Source of the DNA: Eledone cirrhosa
Lineage: Eukaryota
Assembly (NCBI GenBank): GCA_964016885.1
Contig: OZ024745.1
Span: 116,622,001-116,686,000, forward strand
DNA: 64,000 bases
Reading direction: 5' to 3'
Position numbers and translations under genes: made by a program
The notes under the pieces: model-generated
Databases searched by the model: none
Seen by the model: the letters and a program-made list of their open reading frames with translations, nothing else
Told to the model about the DNA's origin: nothing
Shown here: positions 13,105 to 23,785 of the stretch, one piece after another
How positions within the stretch are numbered: position 1 is the first letter of the stretch
Layout: each line of letters starts with the position of its first letter

Positions 13105-13661
13105 AATAGAGAACAAAAAATAAAGAAAAGATAAATAACGTTAAGGAAGCCGGAGAGTTAAAAAGTGTGTAAAAATAATAAATAAATAAAAGTTAAGAAC
13201 GCTGGTTACTTTCTCTCTCTCTCTTTCATCGTCTTTCTCTCTCATCCCCTTACTCTCTTTCTTTCTCTCTCACATCCCCTTACTCTCTCTCGCCCATCTC
13301 CCACTCTCTCTCTCTCATCCTTTACTCTCTTTCTTTCTCTCTCACATCACCTTACTCTCTCTCCCACTCCCACTCTCTCTTTCTCTCTCATCGCCTTACT
13401 CTCTCTCCAATCTGCCACTCTCTCTCTCTCTTTCTCTCTCATCTCATCCCTCATTCTCTTATCTATAGACTGGAGAACATAAAAAAACAAAATGGATGAT
13501 CTCTTTTGATATTCATTAGAAAATAAGATAAATTGAATTTAAATGAATTCCTTGCTTTGCAAAGTAAAACATTTTCGACCGTTACCTGTCCGAGTGTATA
13601 GTGAATATGTACATGTAATTTTGAGGAGTTTGGTCCGGTAGTTTGCTAGTTTTAGACGGAC

Positions 13662-13663
<2 letters not shown>

Positions 13664-13700
<37 letters not shown>

Positions 13701-13824
13701 TATTTCTTTATTAGCCACAGGGGCACAAAAGAAGGGGACAAATACAAAGGGGGAAGTTTACATACAATAAAAACGTGTAAAATGTTATCACAGATGGAAT
13801 TTAAAAGTTAGTCGATTTTCCCCA

Positions 13825-13870
<46 letters not shown>

Positions 13871-14214
13871 GGATAGATAGATAGATTTCTTTATTAGCCA
13901 CAAGGGCGCAACAAGAAAGGGGACAATACAAAGACATGCCGGGGATTTTACATACAGTCGTGTAAAAAATATAAAAACAAACAATTTCAACAATCGAAAT
14001 CCCCAATAGGGGGGAGGCGCCACAAATGGGTTGTTTAATACCCCGTCGATAGAACAACCCTCAACTCAAGGAGTGTGTTGTGCAAGTGCTCCTTTCTTCC
14101 TTTTGCTCTCTTCCTCAACCTACAGGCTTATAAACAGAGAAGGCCCAATCACTCGGGCCATTTTCGCTTCATTCACCCACCTTTCAGTAAATTTACTGGG
14201 GTGCAGTGCCTCTC

Positions 14215-14290
<76 letters not shown>

Positions 14291-14323
14291 GGATAGATAG
14301 ATAGATGGATAGATAGATAGATG

Positions 14324-14413
<90 letters not shown>
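13664..14413 (-). mobile_element. Two 3' ends of an L1/Tx1-like LINE embedded in (GATA)n
   Basis: TTTCTTTATTAGCCACA-GGGC-CAA start repeated at about 13703 and 13886 (minus-strand AATAAA). 14120-14212 (-) translates [21 protein letters not shown]...L*, like a Tx1/L1 ORF2 end. GATA tracts at 13664, 13826 and 14215-14413. Confidence 0.6.
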
Positions 14414-14414
<1 letters not shown>

Positions 14415-14656
14415 GTATTTTCTTGTGTTCCATGTGAAAATATTGCAGAGAAAATTCCAAACATCTTATTAAGCCAACTTTGATGTATCTGTGGGTCAAG
14501 GTTACAAGATCTAATCGAGAACTTGTTTTATTCATTGAATTCAGAGATTTGATGACCTGATCGTAATTATAACTCATACATCTTCAATCATTGACTCAGT
14601 TTAAGTGGGTGACTGTGAAACATATACATGTACACCAGGTCCAAACATAAAGGCCT

Positions 14657-15007
14657 CGGCAGATTAGTCGTCAAGCGACTCCAGCAGACTAGCCATCAAG
14701 CGACTCCGGCAGACTAGCCATCAAGCGACTCCAGCAGACTAGCCATCAAGCGACTCCAGCAGACTAGCCATCAAGCGACTCCGGCAGACTAGCCATCAAG
14801 CGACTCCAGCAGACTAGCCATCAAGCGACTCCAGCAGACTAGCCATCAAGCGACTCCAGCAGACTAGCCACCAAGCGACTCCGGCAGACTAGCCACCAAG
14901 CGACTCCGGCAGACTAGCCATCAAGCGACTCCAGCAGACTAGCCACCAAGCGACTCCGGCAGACTAGCCATCAAGCGACTCCGGCAGACTAGCCACCAAG
15001 CGACTCC
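14657..15007. repeat. 25-bp minisatellite, about 14 copies, inside a family L copy
   Basis: Unit CC(A/G)GCAGACTAGCCA(T/C)CAAGCGACT. Confidence 0.95.
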
Positions 15008-15498
15008 CGGTGGACAGAATTGAGAAGACGTTTCCCCGGAGGATGGTAAGGGTGAAGCGAGCAATATGATAGTAACGTGTTGTGATACGAAGGCTATCGT
15101 AAAGGAGAAGAATGAAAATAAAAATTATCCTGTTGTGTAAGGCATACTGTAGATCTCTTTGATACAGGGCTGAAGCCTGCAAAATGTTAAAACATGCTAT
15201 GACACAATATAGAAATTGTTTAATAGCTTCAGTTCAATTCCCAAGCGGTGAGAGACATAGAACATACACTTTGTTGTTTCACAGCATAACATATAAAAAG
15301 TAAGACGAGGAAATGATTGTGTGAGTAATTAGATTGTGTGAGAATTGCAGTTATAGAATTTACCGAGCTTACTAATTTGATAACGGAATATAACTCTGTT
15401 CATCAGAGTATACAAAGTACTTGGATAACTTTGAATGCGTAATAAAGTAAGTTGATTTGAAATGTTGCCGACAACTGGCCACAACTTGCTTACGTAAA

Positions 15499-15539
<41 letters not shown>

Positions 15540-15549
15540 GCATATATAT

Positions 15550-15743
15550 AACGAAGGAAATGTGGTAAGGAACCAGGTGGACCATAACGCACCAAAGTAC
15601 TCAATACTTGAGGTAGTAGAGTGGGTAATAGGAACCAGTAAGACCCCGACAGCTGAGCTCAAGCCGTTTCGACGGCTAATTCTGTCCAGAATTAGCCGTC
15701 GAAACGGCTTGAGCTCAGCTGTCGGGGTCTTACTGGTTCCTAT
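15550..15743. mobile_element. Family A fold-back element in (TA)n
   Basis: 56-bp arms 15628-15683 / 15688-15743; each holds the HHR 3' half GAAA-cggc ttgagctca gctg-TC-gggg; copies at 31561 and 52928. Confidence 0.9.
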
Positions 15744-16240
15744 GCATATATATATATATATACACAGACACACAGACACACAAACAGACACGCGCACACA
15801 CGCGCGCACACACGCGCGCACACACGCATGCTTATATATGTATACCAGATACATAGCAGTTGCATAGCAGAGGACTATGGTTACGTATGTAGGAACATGA
15901 CAATGTGGTTCCATTTACTTTTGATGACTTCTGTATTGTATGAAGCATCAAATGCATCCGTCTTCACCTCTCGCCCTCCCTCTCTCTCTCTCGTTCTATC
16001 TCCCCCCTCTCTCTCTCTCTCTCCGTATGTGTATATATATATGGGGGAGGTTTATGTGTGTGTTTAACTGCAAGAATTTTAAGAAGTGCCAGACTACGTG
16101 ACAATAATGAAGCCAGGCATAGTTACAGTGAGGAGTTATTTATATATTGTTCCTTACAAGTCATATATATATATATATATATACATATCAACAAGAAGTG
16201 TAAGTTAACAGGTTAAAATTAACTTAGTTTATTCATAGCC

Positions 16241-16291
16241 GCTGTTATATATATTTCGGAGATAACAATTATGCAACAGCTATCAGGCAGC
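16241..16291 (-). ncRNA. HHR remnant with deleted core
   Basis: Minus strand: gctgc-CTGATAG...gttatctcc-GAAA-tatata-TA-acagc; lies between TA tracts. Confidence 0.35.
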
Positions 16292-16350
16292 TAGAATTTG
16301 GACAGAAAAAACAGTAAAAGAATGATGGAATAAAGCTTACTTCTGTTATT

Positions 16351-16420
<70 letters not shown>

Positions 16421-16446
16421 CATATATATATATATATATATATGTA

Positions 16447-16525
<79 letters not shown>

Positions 16526-17199
16526 TTCAAGAGAGAGATGGAGATAGGAGAGGAGAAGAGAGATTGGTGAATTACTTGATCGTTGTTATATTTTTTAGTC
16601 ATACCAATCGATCTTCTTCTCATATTCAATATTCCTATATTGTATCTAATCCAAATACATTTGGGTATCTCTTCTTTATGTAATCTCCTTACGAATGTCC
16701 CTTCTTTTCTATTTAGCTATATCATTATTAGTGATACGCAGTATTTAAAATGTGGTACAACTGCTACTTTTATAGCATTTTAATCTTTTTACTTGCAATA
16801 CAACTTTATTATATCTATGCCGCTATATGTACGTATTTGTTCTGCAGCCTCATGTGTTTTATTTTGATCATCTGTATCGCATTAGATGCTATTCTGCTAT
16901 TAGCTAAACAACTGATAAACCTGTGTACTTTTGGCGAAATATTTCAGTTCCCGACTCATTGTTGTTGGCTTTTTTCGTCTGCATTTCTTCTTCCATCAGG
17001 GCGTCTAGATCTACTATTACTCTGAAGCAATTATTTCTGAAGTAAAGCCTAAAAATAAAATAACAGAACTTACATATATATGTACAATATATGGTAGTTT
17101 ACTATATTGTAAACTTCTTTACCCTTGTTGAGATATTTCTATTTAATAGAGGACACGCCAAAACGTTACAACAATGCGCTAACTTAAGGCTGCGTGACA

Positions 17200-18420
17200 A
17201 TGTGCATACACTATAATAGTATATGTACATTATATGAGATATTGAAACATGTTACCTCGTAATTTGGGGGTGTTGATTTCAAAACTGAAATCTCTTTTTG
17301 CGTCATGATTTGTTAGCATTCCTGGTATTGTCACCATCGTAAGTAAATAAAAAGCATAACACTTGAGCAACTTTCACTATTTCCAATCTATCCAGTTTTA
17401 AATGTCATGATGATGACAGAAATGTCCTTTATAGAATTAGATGTTGATGAACAAAACATTTTTTTGTGGTCTGTGACATCACACATGTCTCATTCTTCAG
17501 CATAGATGATGATTTTCTTTATTGTAATGCCTCATGGCTGCCATGAAGTGGGAATAAAATCCAGAAGACTGGAGGATTTTTATAGACTGTTGAAAAACTA
17601 ATCTTTAGTATGTTCAGCTACATAACAATATGTTTGCTTCTATAGCAATTGGACATTATATAACACTAAAGGAAAACTACAACTGTATGAAAATAGTTCT
17701 GGTAAAGATAGGCTATGAGGAGCACAACTTGAATATCATTGGGTTGCTTCTTGGTCTACAAGATGGTTATACTAACTATCCTTGCTGTTTGAATCTTTGG
17801 GACAGCTGAGGAAAATGTAACCGCTAGATAAGAAAGACCTGGGCAAACAAAAGGGAGTTGAAGGAGAGAACAGGCTGCAGGTTAATCCCAGGAAAGTTTT
17901 GCTTATTCCATTGCATATCAAGCTTGGACTGATGAAGCCTTTGGCCAGGGTGATAACTGTTTCAAATGAATAACCAGAAATGTTTTAGCCTTTCAGTTTG
18001 ACTGACCACAGATTAGGCGCCTATTGGAGGACGAGCAGTTTTTTGGAGACTATATCTGGTGTTGTAAAAGAAGTATGGAATGCTTTTGGTGCGGCTGTGT
18101 CTGATCTGCTGGGGTATAAAGGAAAAAGTTCACTCCTTGAGTAACTGAAACTCTAGTTTGACATAGATATTTATCCTACAATTTGTAATTAAATAGTTTA
18201 TGTAATATATTTATTAAACAATAAAAAGTAGTATTTGTTTTGTGTTACTATCTTATTTCTGTATTGCATATAATGGCGAAATAGACATTTTTAGTAAAGC
18301 AATGAATTAACAAAATCTTGAAGTTATAGAAAATTTCTCAACTCAGCACCATCAAATTATATAGGAATAATTGTAAAAAGCAAGACAATTAAACATTTTT
18401 AGAAAATGTTCCCCAATGTT
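17200..18420 (+). mobile_element. Decayed DNA-transposon-like element, superfamily uncertain
   Basis: Peptides PEDWRIFID (about 17560), LLGLQDGYTNYPCCLNLWDS (about 17745) and LIPLHIKLGLMK (about 17902) match a widespread metazoan transposase-like family (WRLFIDSS..LPPLHIKLGLMK); weak subterminal inverted similarity. Confidence 0.7.
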
Positions 18421-19057
18421 ATTTATTATATTGATTCTGAGTTTATGTTCTCAGTTCTCAGGAGCTGGAATAGAGATAATGTTGAATATCTTTTAGCTGT
18501 TTTCATTTTTAAATCCATGGCTATTGAAATAAGGAATTGCTTGATAAGTGGTCAAAATGCCATTTTCATTACCTAGTAGCTCCATAGTGGTCAATTTTAA
18601 CTATAATACACAAACTGTGAATGAACATTAAAGGCATCACTTAACCGGTGTTGATCATATGGTTTTCACATCACTAATTTTTAAATTAACTGAAAATACA
18701 CTTAAAGAAATTTGACAGGTGTAAACTGTCATGAAATTCCTAATGTTCCTTTTAAGAAGAGTAGTTTGTCAGCCATTTTAATAGTCTTTAAATTGCAATG
18801 CATTCAAATAAAATTTGGAGATTGTGAATTGAATGTGTACGTTGAATGTGTGTACATATGTAAGTTTAACTGTGTATAACTATATATACGAAATACGGTA
18901 TGTAGTTATGCAAGAGAATTTCTGTCTTTATCTGTCCATTATTGCATCAATTTTACTTGTTATAATTTGTATGAGAGTATGTTTCGTCCATATAAAATGT
19001 TATAAGAGAAGTATACGCTAAGGTGATTGTATTTATTTAGTTCTATTTATTTCTCTT

Positions 19058-19285
19058 TTAACCATTTAGCATTTAAATCGGCGGTACCCAGCTAGAACTC
19101 GCTCGCCTTTTTCTGTTCAAACTGGTCATAACTGGCCACTCATACTGATTTTAGGTATTGTTCTCAAAATAAATAATATCAAAATCTCGTAGATTCGATA
19201 TTATCTGACATAATTATATGAGGTAAAGCCTTTAACATGAAAATACAATAGTAAATATCGAGTAATTTAAATGCTAGAGGGTTAA
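19058..19285. mobile_element. MITE with TTAA TSD (piggyBac-like)
   Basis: TTAA-CCATTTAGCATTTAAA ... TTTAAATGCTAGAGGG-TTAA; 14/16 TIR match. Confidence 0.75.
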
Positions 19286-19377
19286 ATATTTAATTCATCA
19301 ATAAGGTTGAAAGTTATTTACTGAATAATTCTATGTATGGCTTAAGTTATTCCTTTATTTTGATTATGGTTTCTGAT

Positions 19378-19572
19378 TTAGATACAAGACAAACAATTCT
19401 GAGTGGGGAGAAAGTCGATTTAATCGTCCTCAGTGCTTTACTGGGACTTTATTTTATCAACCCTCGAAAGGATGAATGGCAGAGCTAACCTACCTCGGCG
19501 GAATTTGAACTCAGAACGTGAAGGGCTGTAACTATATGTCGCAAAGCATGTTATCCGACGCTCTACCGATAC
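19378..19572 (-). mobile_element. S1-related SINE
   Basis: Reverse complement of core and B-box. Confidence 0.8.
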
Positions 19573-20456
19573 ATTTACATTATATAATAATGCATTTATA
19601 ACTAGTGCACTTATTTCACATTTGCTTCTACTTATATCATTATACAAGATAACCATCTTTTTTCCTATTTTTCTGTGCAAACAAAAAATATTCATTGGAT
19701 TTCTAGCGTTTCTCACTCAGTTAAATAAATGTACTTTTTAAGGTCAGATAAGAAATATTTACCCTGAAGTATATTTCCAAAATTTGTATTCAGGAATCAG
19801 GAGCAATGATGGTAGAGATGACCTTAGCAACCAAGATAATGGTCTCTATCTGAAAAATCCGTGGCTGGAAGGCTTTTACAACTTTTAGAAAGGAATGAAA
19901 TTTCAAATTTAACTGAGATTCCTTCTGATTTCTTTACACAAAGAGAAGAATTTTTTAATATTTCTTTTTTTTAGATTTTTTGTTTGTTTAGTGTTTTTCT
20001 GTTTCAAGCACTTAACTCTTTCTCACTTTGTTATGATAATATATCACAGATATTAGCTTGGATAACTGAAAAAGTATGGTAAATGCTCGTAGCAAATTTC
20101 GCTTGTGCACGTTCTTTTATTAAAGTATTTTTGGCAAGATCAAAATCATTATGCTCATATCTCCAGCAACCTGTATGAAATAGTAGTTCATAAACATTTT
20201 GTCTAACCATAAGGAGGTTTTGGCTGCTGGAATGAAAATTGTGTTATGCAAGGTTTCTTAAAAGCTTCCAAAGTAGAATGGAAGTTTCAAACCACATCAA
20301 TTACGTGTTCATGGGACATATTATTGATATAATATATTATATATATAAACGTTTGGAGTTAGAAGGCCAGAACAATGAAGGTTTGGATATAGAATATAAA
20401 TACAAATACAAAAGATAACGCCGACAATTAGTCTTTTACCTTAATTTATTTATATA

Positions 20457-20493
20457 TTCTGATATTTCGAGATAATATCTCTTCGTCTGAGAA
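20457..20493 (-). ncRNA. Minimal HHR with U4 changed to A, in PLE 3' UTR
   Basis: Minus strand: ttct-CAGACGA-a gagat att atctc-GAAA-ta-TC-agaa. Confidence 0.65.
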
Positions 20494-20745
20494 AAGTAAA
20501 GGGGTTAATCCAGTGTTCTGAGTGGGTTGCTAATTCATGCTGAGAGGAAGTAGTATAGAATTCTATTCTACTTCTAATGTCAAAGAGTGCAGGTTAAGTG
20601 GATAAAGAGCTGTCTCCCTTTAAATTGTTTGGACATGTATGTCTAAGTGTGTGTGTGTGTGAGAGAGAGAGAATACGTACAGGTGTAAGTATGCGTGTGT
20701 GTGAGAGGATACGTGGAGATGTAAATATGGGAGCTAGATGCTCTA

Positions 20746-21837
20746 TCATGTTAAACATTGGGTGTTGAGTTCTAATCTATTATTGATTGGTGGTTGCTTT
20801 TTGTCTATAATTAATGCTTCTTTAATTCTAAGATTGCCGAAGTTTCTTTCCTTAGCTTCTATCCTAACTATTATGTTTTTCTCCAGATGTTTCTTAAATG
20901 AGGAAGCATTAGTGTTGAGGTGTTCTTTTATTTTAACGTGATGTTGTCTGCTGGTTCTACCCATGTAGAAACTGCTACATTTGTCGCACTCTAATCTGTA
21001 GACGACGTATGCCTGGTGGCAGAGGTCTGTGTCGTCGATGGGGTAGTTGGCCAGCGTGCAGCGCCTGTCTTGTCTGGTGGAGTGTCTCTTAGCTATCTGT
21101 CCGCGCAGAGAAGGTCCTGAGTGGGATAGCTGGATATCTAGTCCCTCTCGTCTGATAGCCCAGCGGATGGCTGTTGTAGTTTCGTCACTGAAGCGTGGGA
21201 GCTTCAGGAAGCAGGTGTTAGTGCTTCGGCTGTGGTGTCCTCTGTTGTTTCTGGCACGGTTCGTGGTGGACGTCGGGTATCCGTTCAGTGTAAGTACTCC
21301 CAGGAAGTGTGTGGTGTGTGTGTCTCGGTCTCTTGCATCGGTGCATTTGTTCCGTATACGTGTCAGTTCGTTCCTTATGTATCCGAACTGGGAGGGCTGA
21401 CCTAAAATGGACGAACAGGGCCCTGCTGGCAGCTTCTTTATAGAAGCAGGTGTGGATGTCGCCTTCCTCTGGAAGTCTAATAGGGATAGGGATCCACGGT
21501 CATCGGGGTGTTCCATGCTCAACTTTATATTGGGGTCCATACTGGAGAATGTCATGTATATTTGATTCGGTTCTTCACGAGATGATGTAAGGATGAGTAT
21601 GTCATCTACATATCGAGTGAAGAAGGTATAGGAATGGCAGGTGTTGAGGGCTCGGCATTCCAGCTGGTTCATATAAGTGATGGCCAGCAGGCCCGATAGG
21701 CTGGATCCCATGGGTAATCCTGTTTTCTGTCTGTATGTGTTGTGGTGGAAGGTGAAGTATGTGTTGTCCACCGTAAAGGACAAAAGCTGGTGTATGTCCG
21801 TCGGATGGAGGCCGTAGCTGTGGTCCAGCTCAGTCAA
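20746..21837 (-). pseudogene. Penelope-like element RT plus GIY-YIG endonuclease, 5'-truncated
   Basis: YRQKTGLPMGSSLS, RYVDDIL, LSLLD RT motifs; VVYRLECDKC..FYMGRTSR..KIKEH and EAL.I..KQP.IN endonuclease motifs; thumb region looks deleted or frameshifted. Confidence 0.9.
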
Positions 21838-22036
21838 AATCTTTCCCTGAGTTCAGTCTATTTCGTTGCTATGGCAAGGCGGCTGGACTGCCGGTCGCTA
21901 TATTGGATTTTCAAAGCTGTCTAAAGGTATTGTTATAACTCTGGGGTATTATTCTCCATCGAATGCTAAATCTACATTCCGAATCTGCATTTGTTAGCTT
22001 AGCCGCAGCCTAAAGCTTCATTAATGCTGTACTAAA

Positions 22037-22084
<48 letters not shown>

Positions 22085-22086
<2 letters not shown>

Positions 22087-23133
22087 ATACTTGGGGAGGG
22101 TCATATTTGTGTAATAATATTGCCAGAATTAATAACAGAACACACTCACTGTTTGGTTGGTTTTCGCTTCTGTGTCTTTTATATCGGTTAATTAAATTTA
22201 TTCGGTCCTCAATGTTGTCATTGACTGGCCAACGGTCAAAAATACAGATACAATATAGACACAAACACATATATATAGTCCATCAGAGTTCTTTCGTTGC
22301 ACATCTACAACCTCGTCAGTGGTGCTATTATGTTTCCTCCCGTTCCGTTCCATTGTATGCTTACGCCATCTTTATTTAGTGTTTATTTATTTATTCATTT
22401 GTTTATTTTTTGTCTTCTCTGCGCATGCGTTTGCGTGTGTGTATAGTGTTTTGTTTGATGTGTGTTCTTGTTTGGGTGACTGTGTATTGGTTAATGTATT
22501 CTATCTTAGTTTACTAGTGTGTATTTATATGTGTTTGTTGTTATTGTGCTTGTGTATGTATTTATTTATTTATTTATTTATTTATTTATACTTCTCTTAG
22601 GTCAGTGTTGTTTGTTTGGGTGTTTTTGTTATTTCATCATTTTTTCTGTTTAGCCTTGGCCTTCTAAGTTTTATTTCGCTGGCCTCTCTGATTTGCCTAT
22701 CTGCTGGGTCATTTCTATGTTTAGATATTATTCTAACTTCTATGTTGTCTATGTTACCGTTGTGTTGTTGTCTGGCATGTTCGTATAGTACTGAACCGTT
22801 TTTTCGTCCTTTTAGTTCCCCCCAGTGTTGGTCTATCCTTTCAACTATGCTACGAGCTGTCTCGCCTATGTATGTTGTTGTCATATTTCTGCAAGTACCC
22901 TTTGTACATCTTATGCTATAGACTACGTTTCTAGTTTTACAGTTTATCCGGGGGTTTACTCTACATATGATACATTTCCTATTAGTACAGTGGGTTTTCT
23001 TAAAAGGGTAGGTTTTGCTGATCAGGGATTTTATGGTGGTTCCTAGCTTTTCTACCACCTTAATCTTTAAGTGGGTCTTTCTCAGGGCCTTTCTACACTG
23101 GTTAGCTAATTTCCCTCCGGAGGTAGCATCCAT
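22085..23133 (-). mobile_element. PLE family E 3' part: GIY-YIG ORF (22597..23133), 3' UTR and terminus at (TA)n
   Basis: CTNRKCIIC linker, NVVYSIRC, YIGETARS..RIDQH, RQIREA..LNRK; UTR shared with 59430-59815. Confidence 0.9.
22281..22324 (-). ncRNA. Minimal type I HHR, family E
   Basis: Minus strand: cacca-CTGACGA-g gttgta gatg tgcaac-GAAA-g aa c-TC-tgatg. Confidence 0.75.
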
Positions 23134-23147
23134 TCACACCAACACAT

Positions 23148-23219
23148 GATGTGTTGGTGTAAATGGTAGCACAGTGGTCCGGATAACCAAAGATGGAGGT
23201 TCGACTCCCATGTACGTCA
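23148..23219 (+). pseudogene. tRNA-like sequence (pseudo-tRNA or SINE head)
   Basis: GATGTGT/GTACGTC acceptor with wobbles, D arm GTGT-AAATGGTA-GCAC, TGGT/ACCA anticodon arm, GGTTCGACTCC; lacks U33 and has an imperfect T stem. Confidence 0.55.
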
Positions 23220-23361
23220 ATACCCATCTTTTTCCATTTCTCCGATGGTTCTTAACCCCACTATCAGGCTAAATAATTTCTTTAATTTCTTTAGTCAAAA
23301 TAGGGCGATAGCTTACATTTCTAATAATTTCAAACCCACTCGCTGTTTCGAAAATATTCTC

Positions 23362-23394
<33 letters not shown>

Positions 23395-23785
23395 TATTTA
23401 TATTTATATATGTATATGCATGTATGTATATATATATATGAATATATATATATATATATATTCATATATACATATATACATATATATATAAATACATACA
23501 CACACACTTATTAGTTATCTTCATTTAGGAAATGCTTTTTTCCGTTCATTGCCAGGGAACGTCCTCACCAACCAAAGTATCGTATTCCTGTTTAACTTCG
23601 GTTGCAATGTTTTTCGAAATATTTACTTCTGCGTTCACAGATTGATTTTTTTAGTTTCAGAAGATCCCGTTAAAGGTGAAAGCAGCGATTCTTTGCTTAA
23701 ATTGTAATCTGCTGTCGTAGTGGATTTCGCTGCATGCATCTGCGAGCACCGTGCTCCAGCAGGTTTCCCTTGCCAGAGGCATATA

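Noticed and set aside
14657-15007. CRISPR-like regular repeats (also 45378-46545)
   Set aside because: Head-to-tail units with no unique spacers, no cas genes, eukaryotic context.
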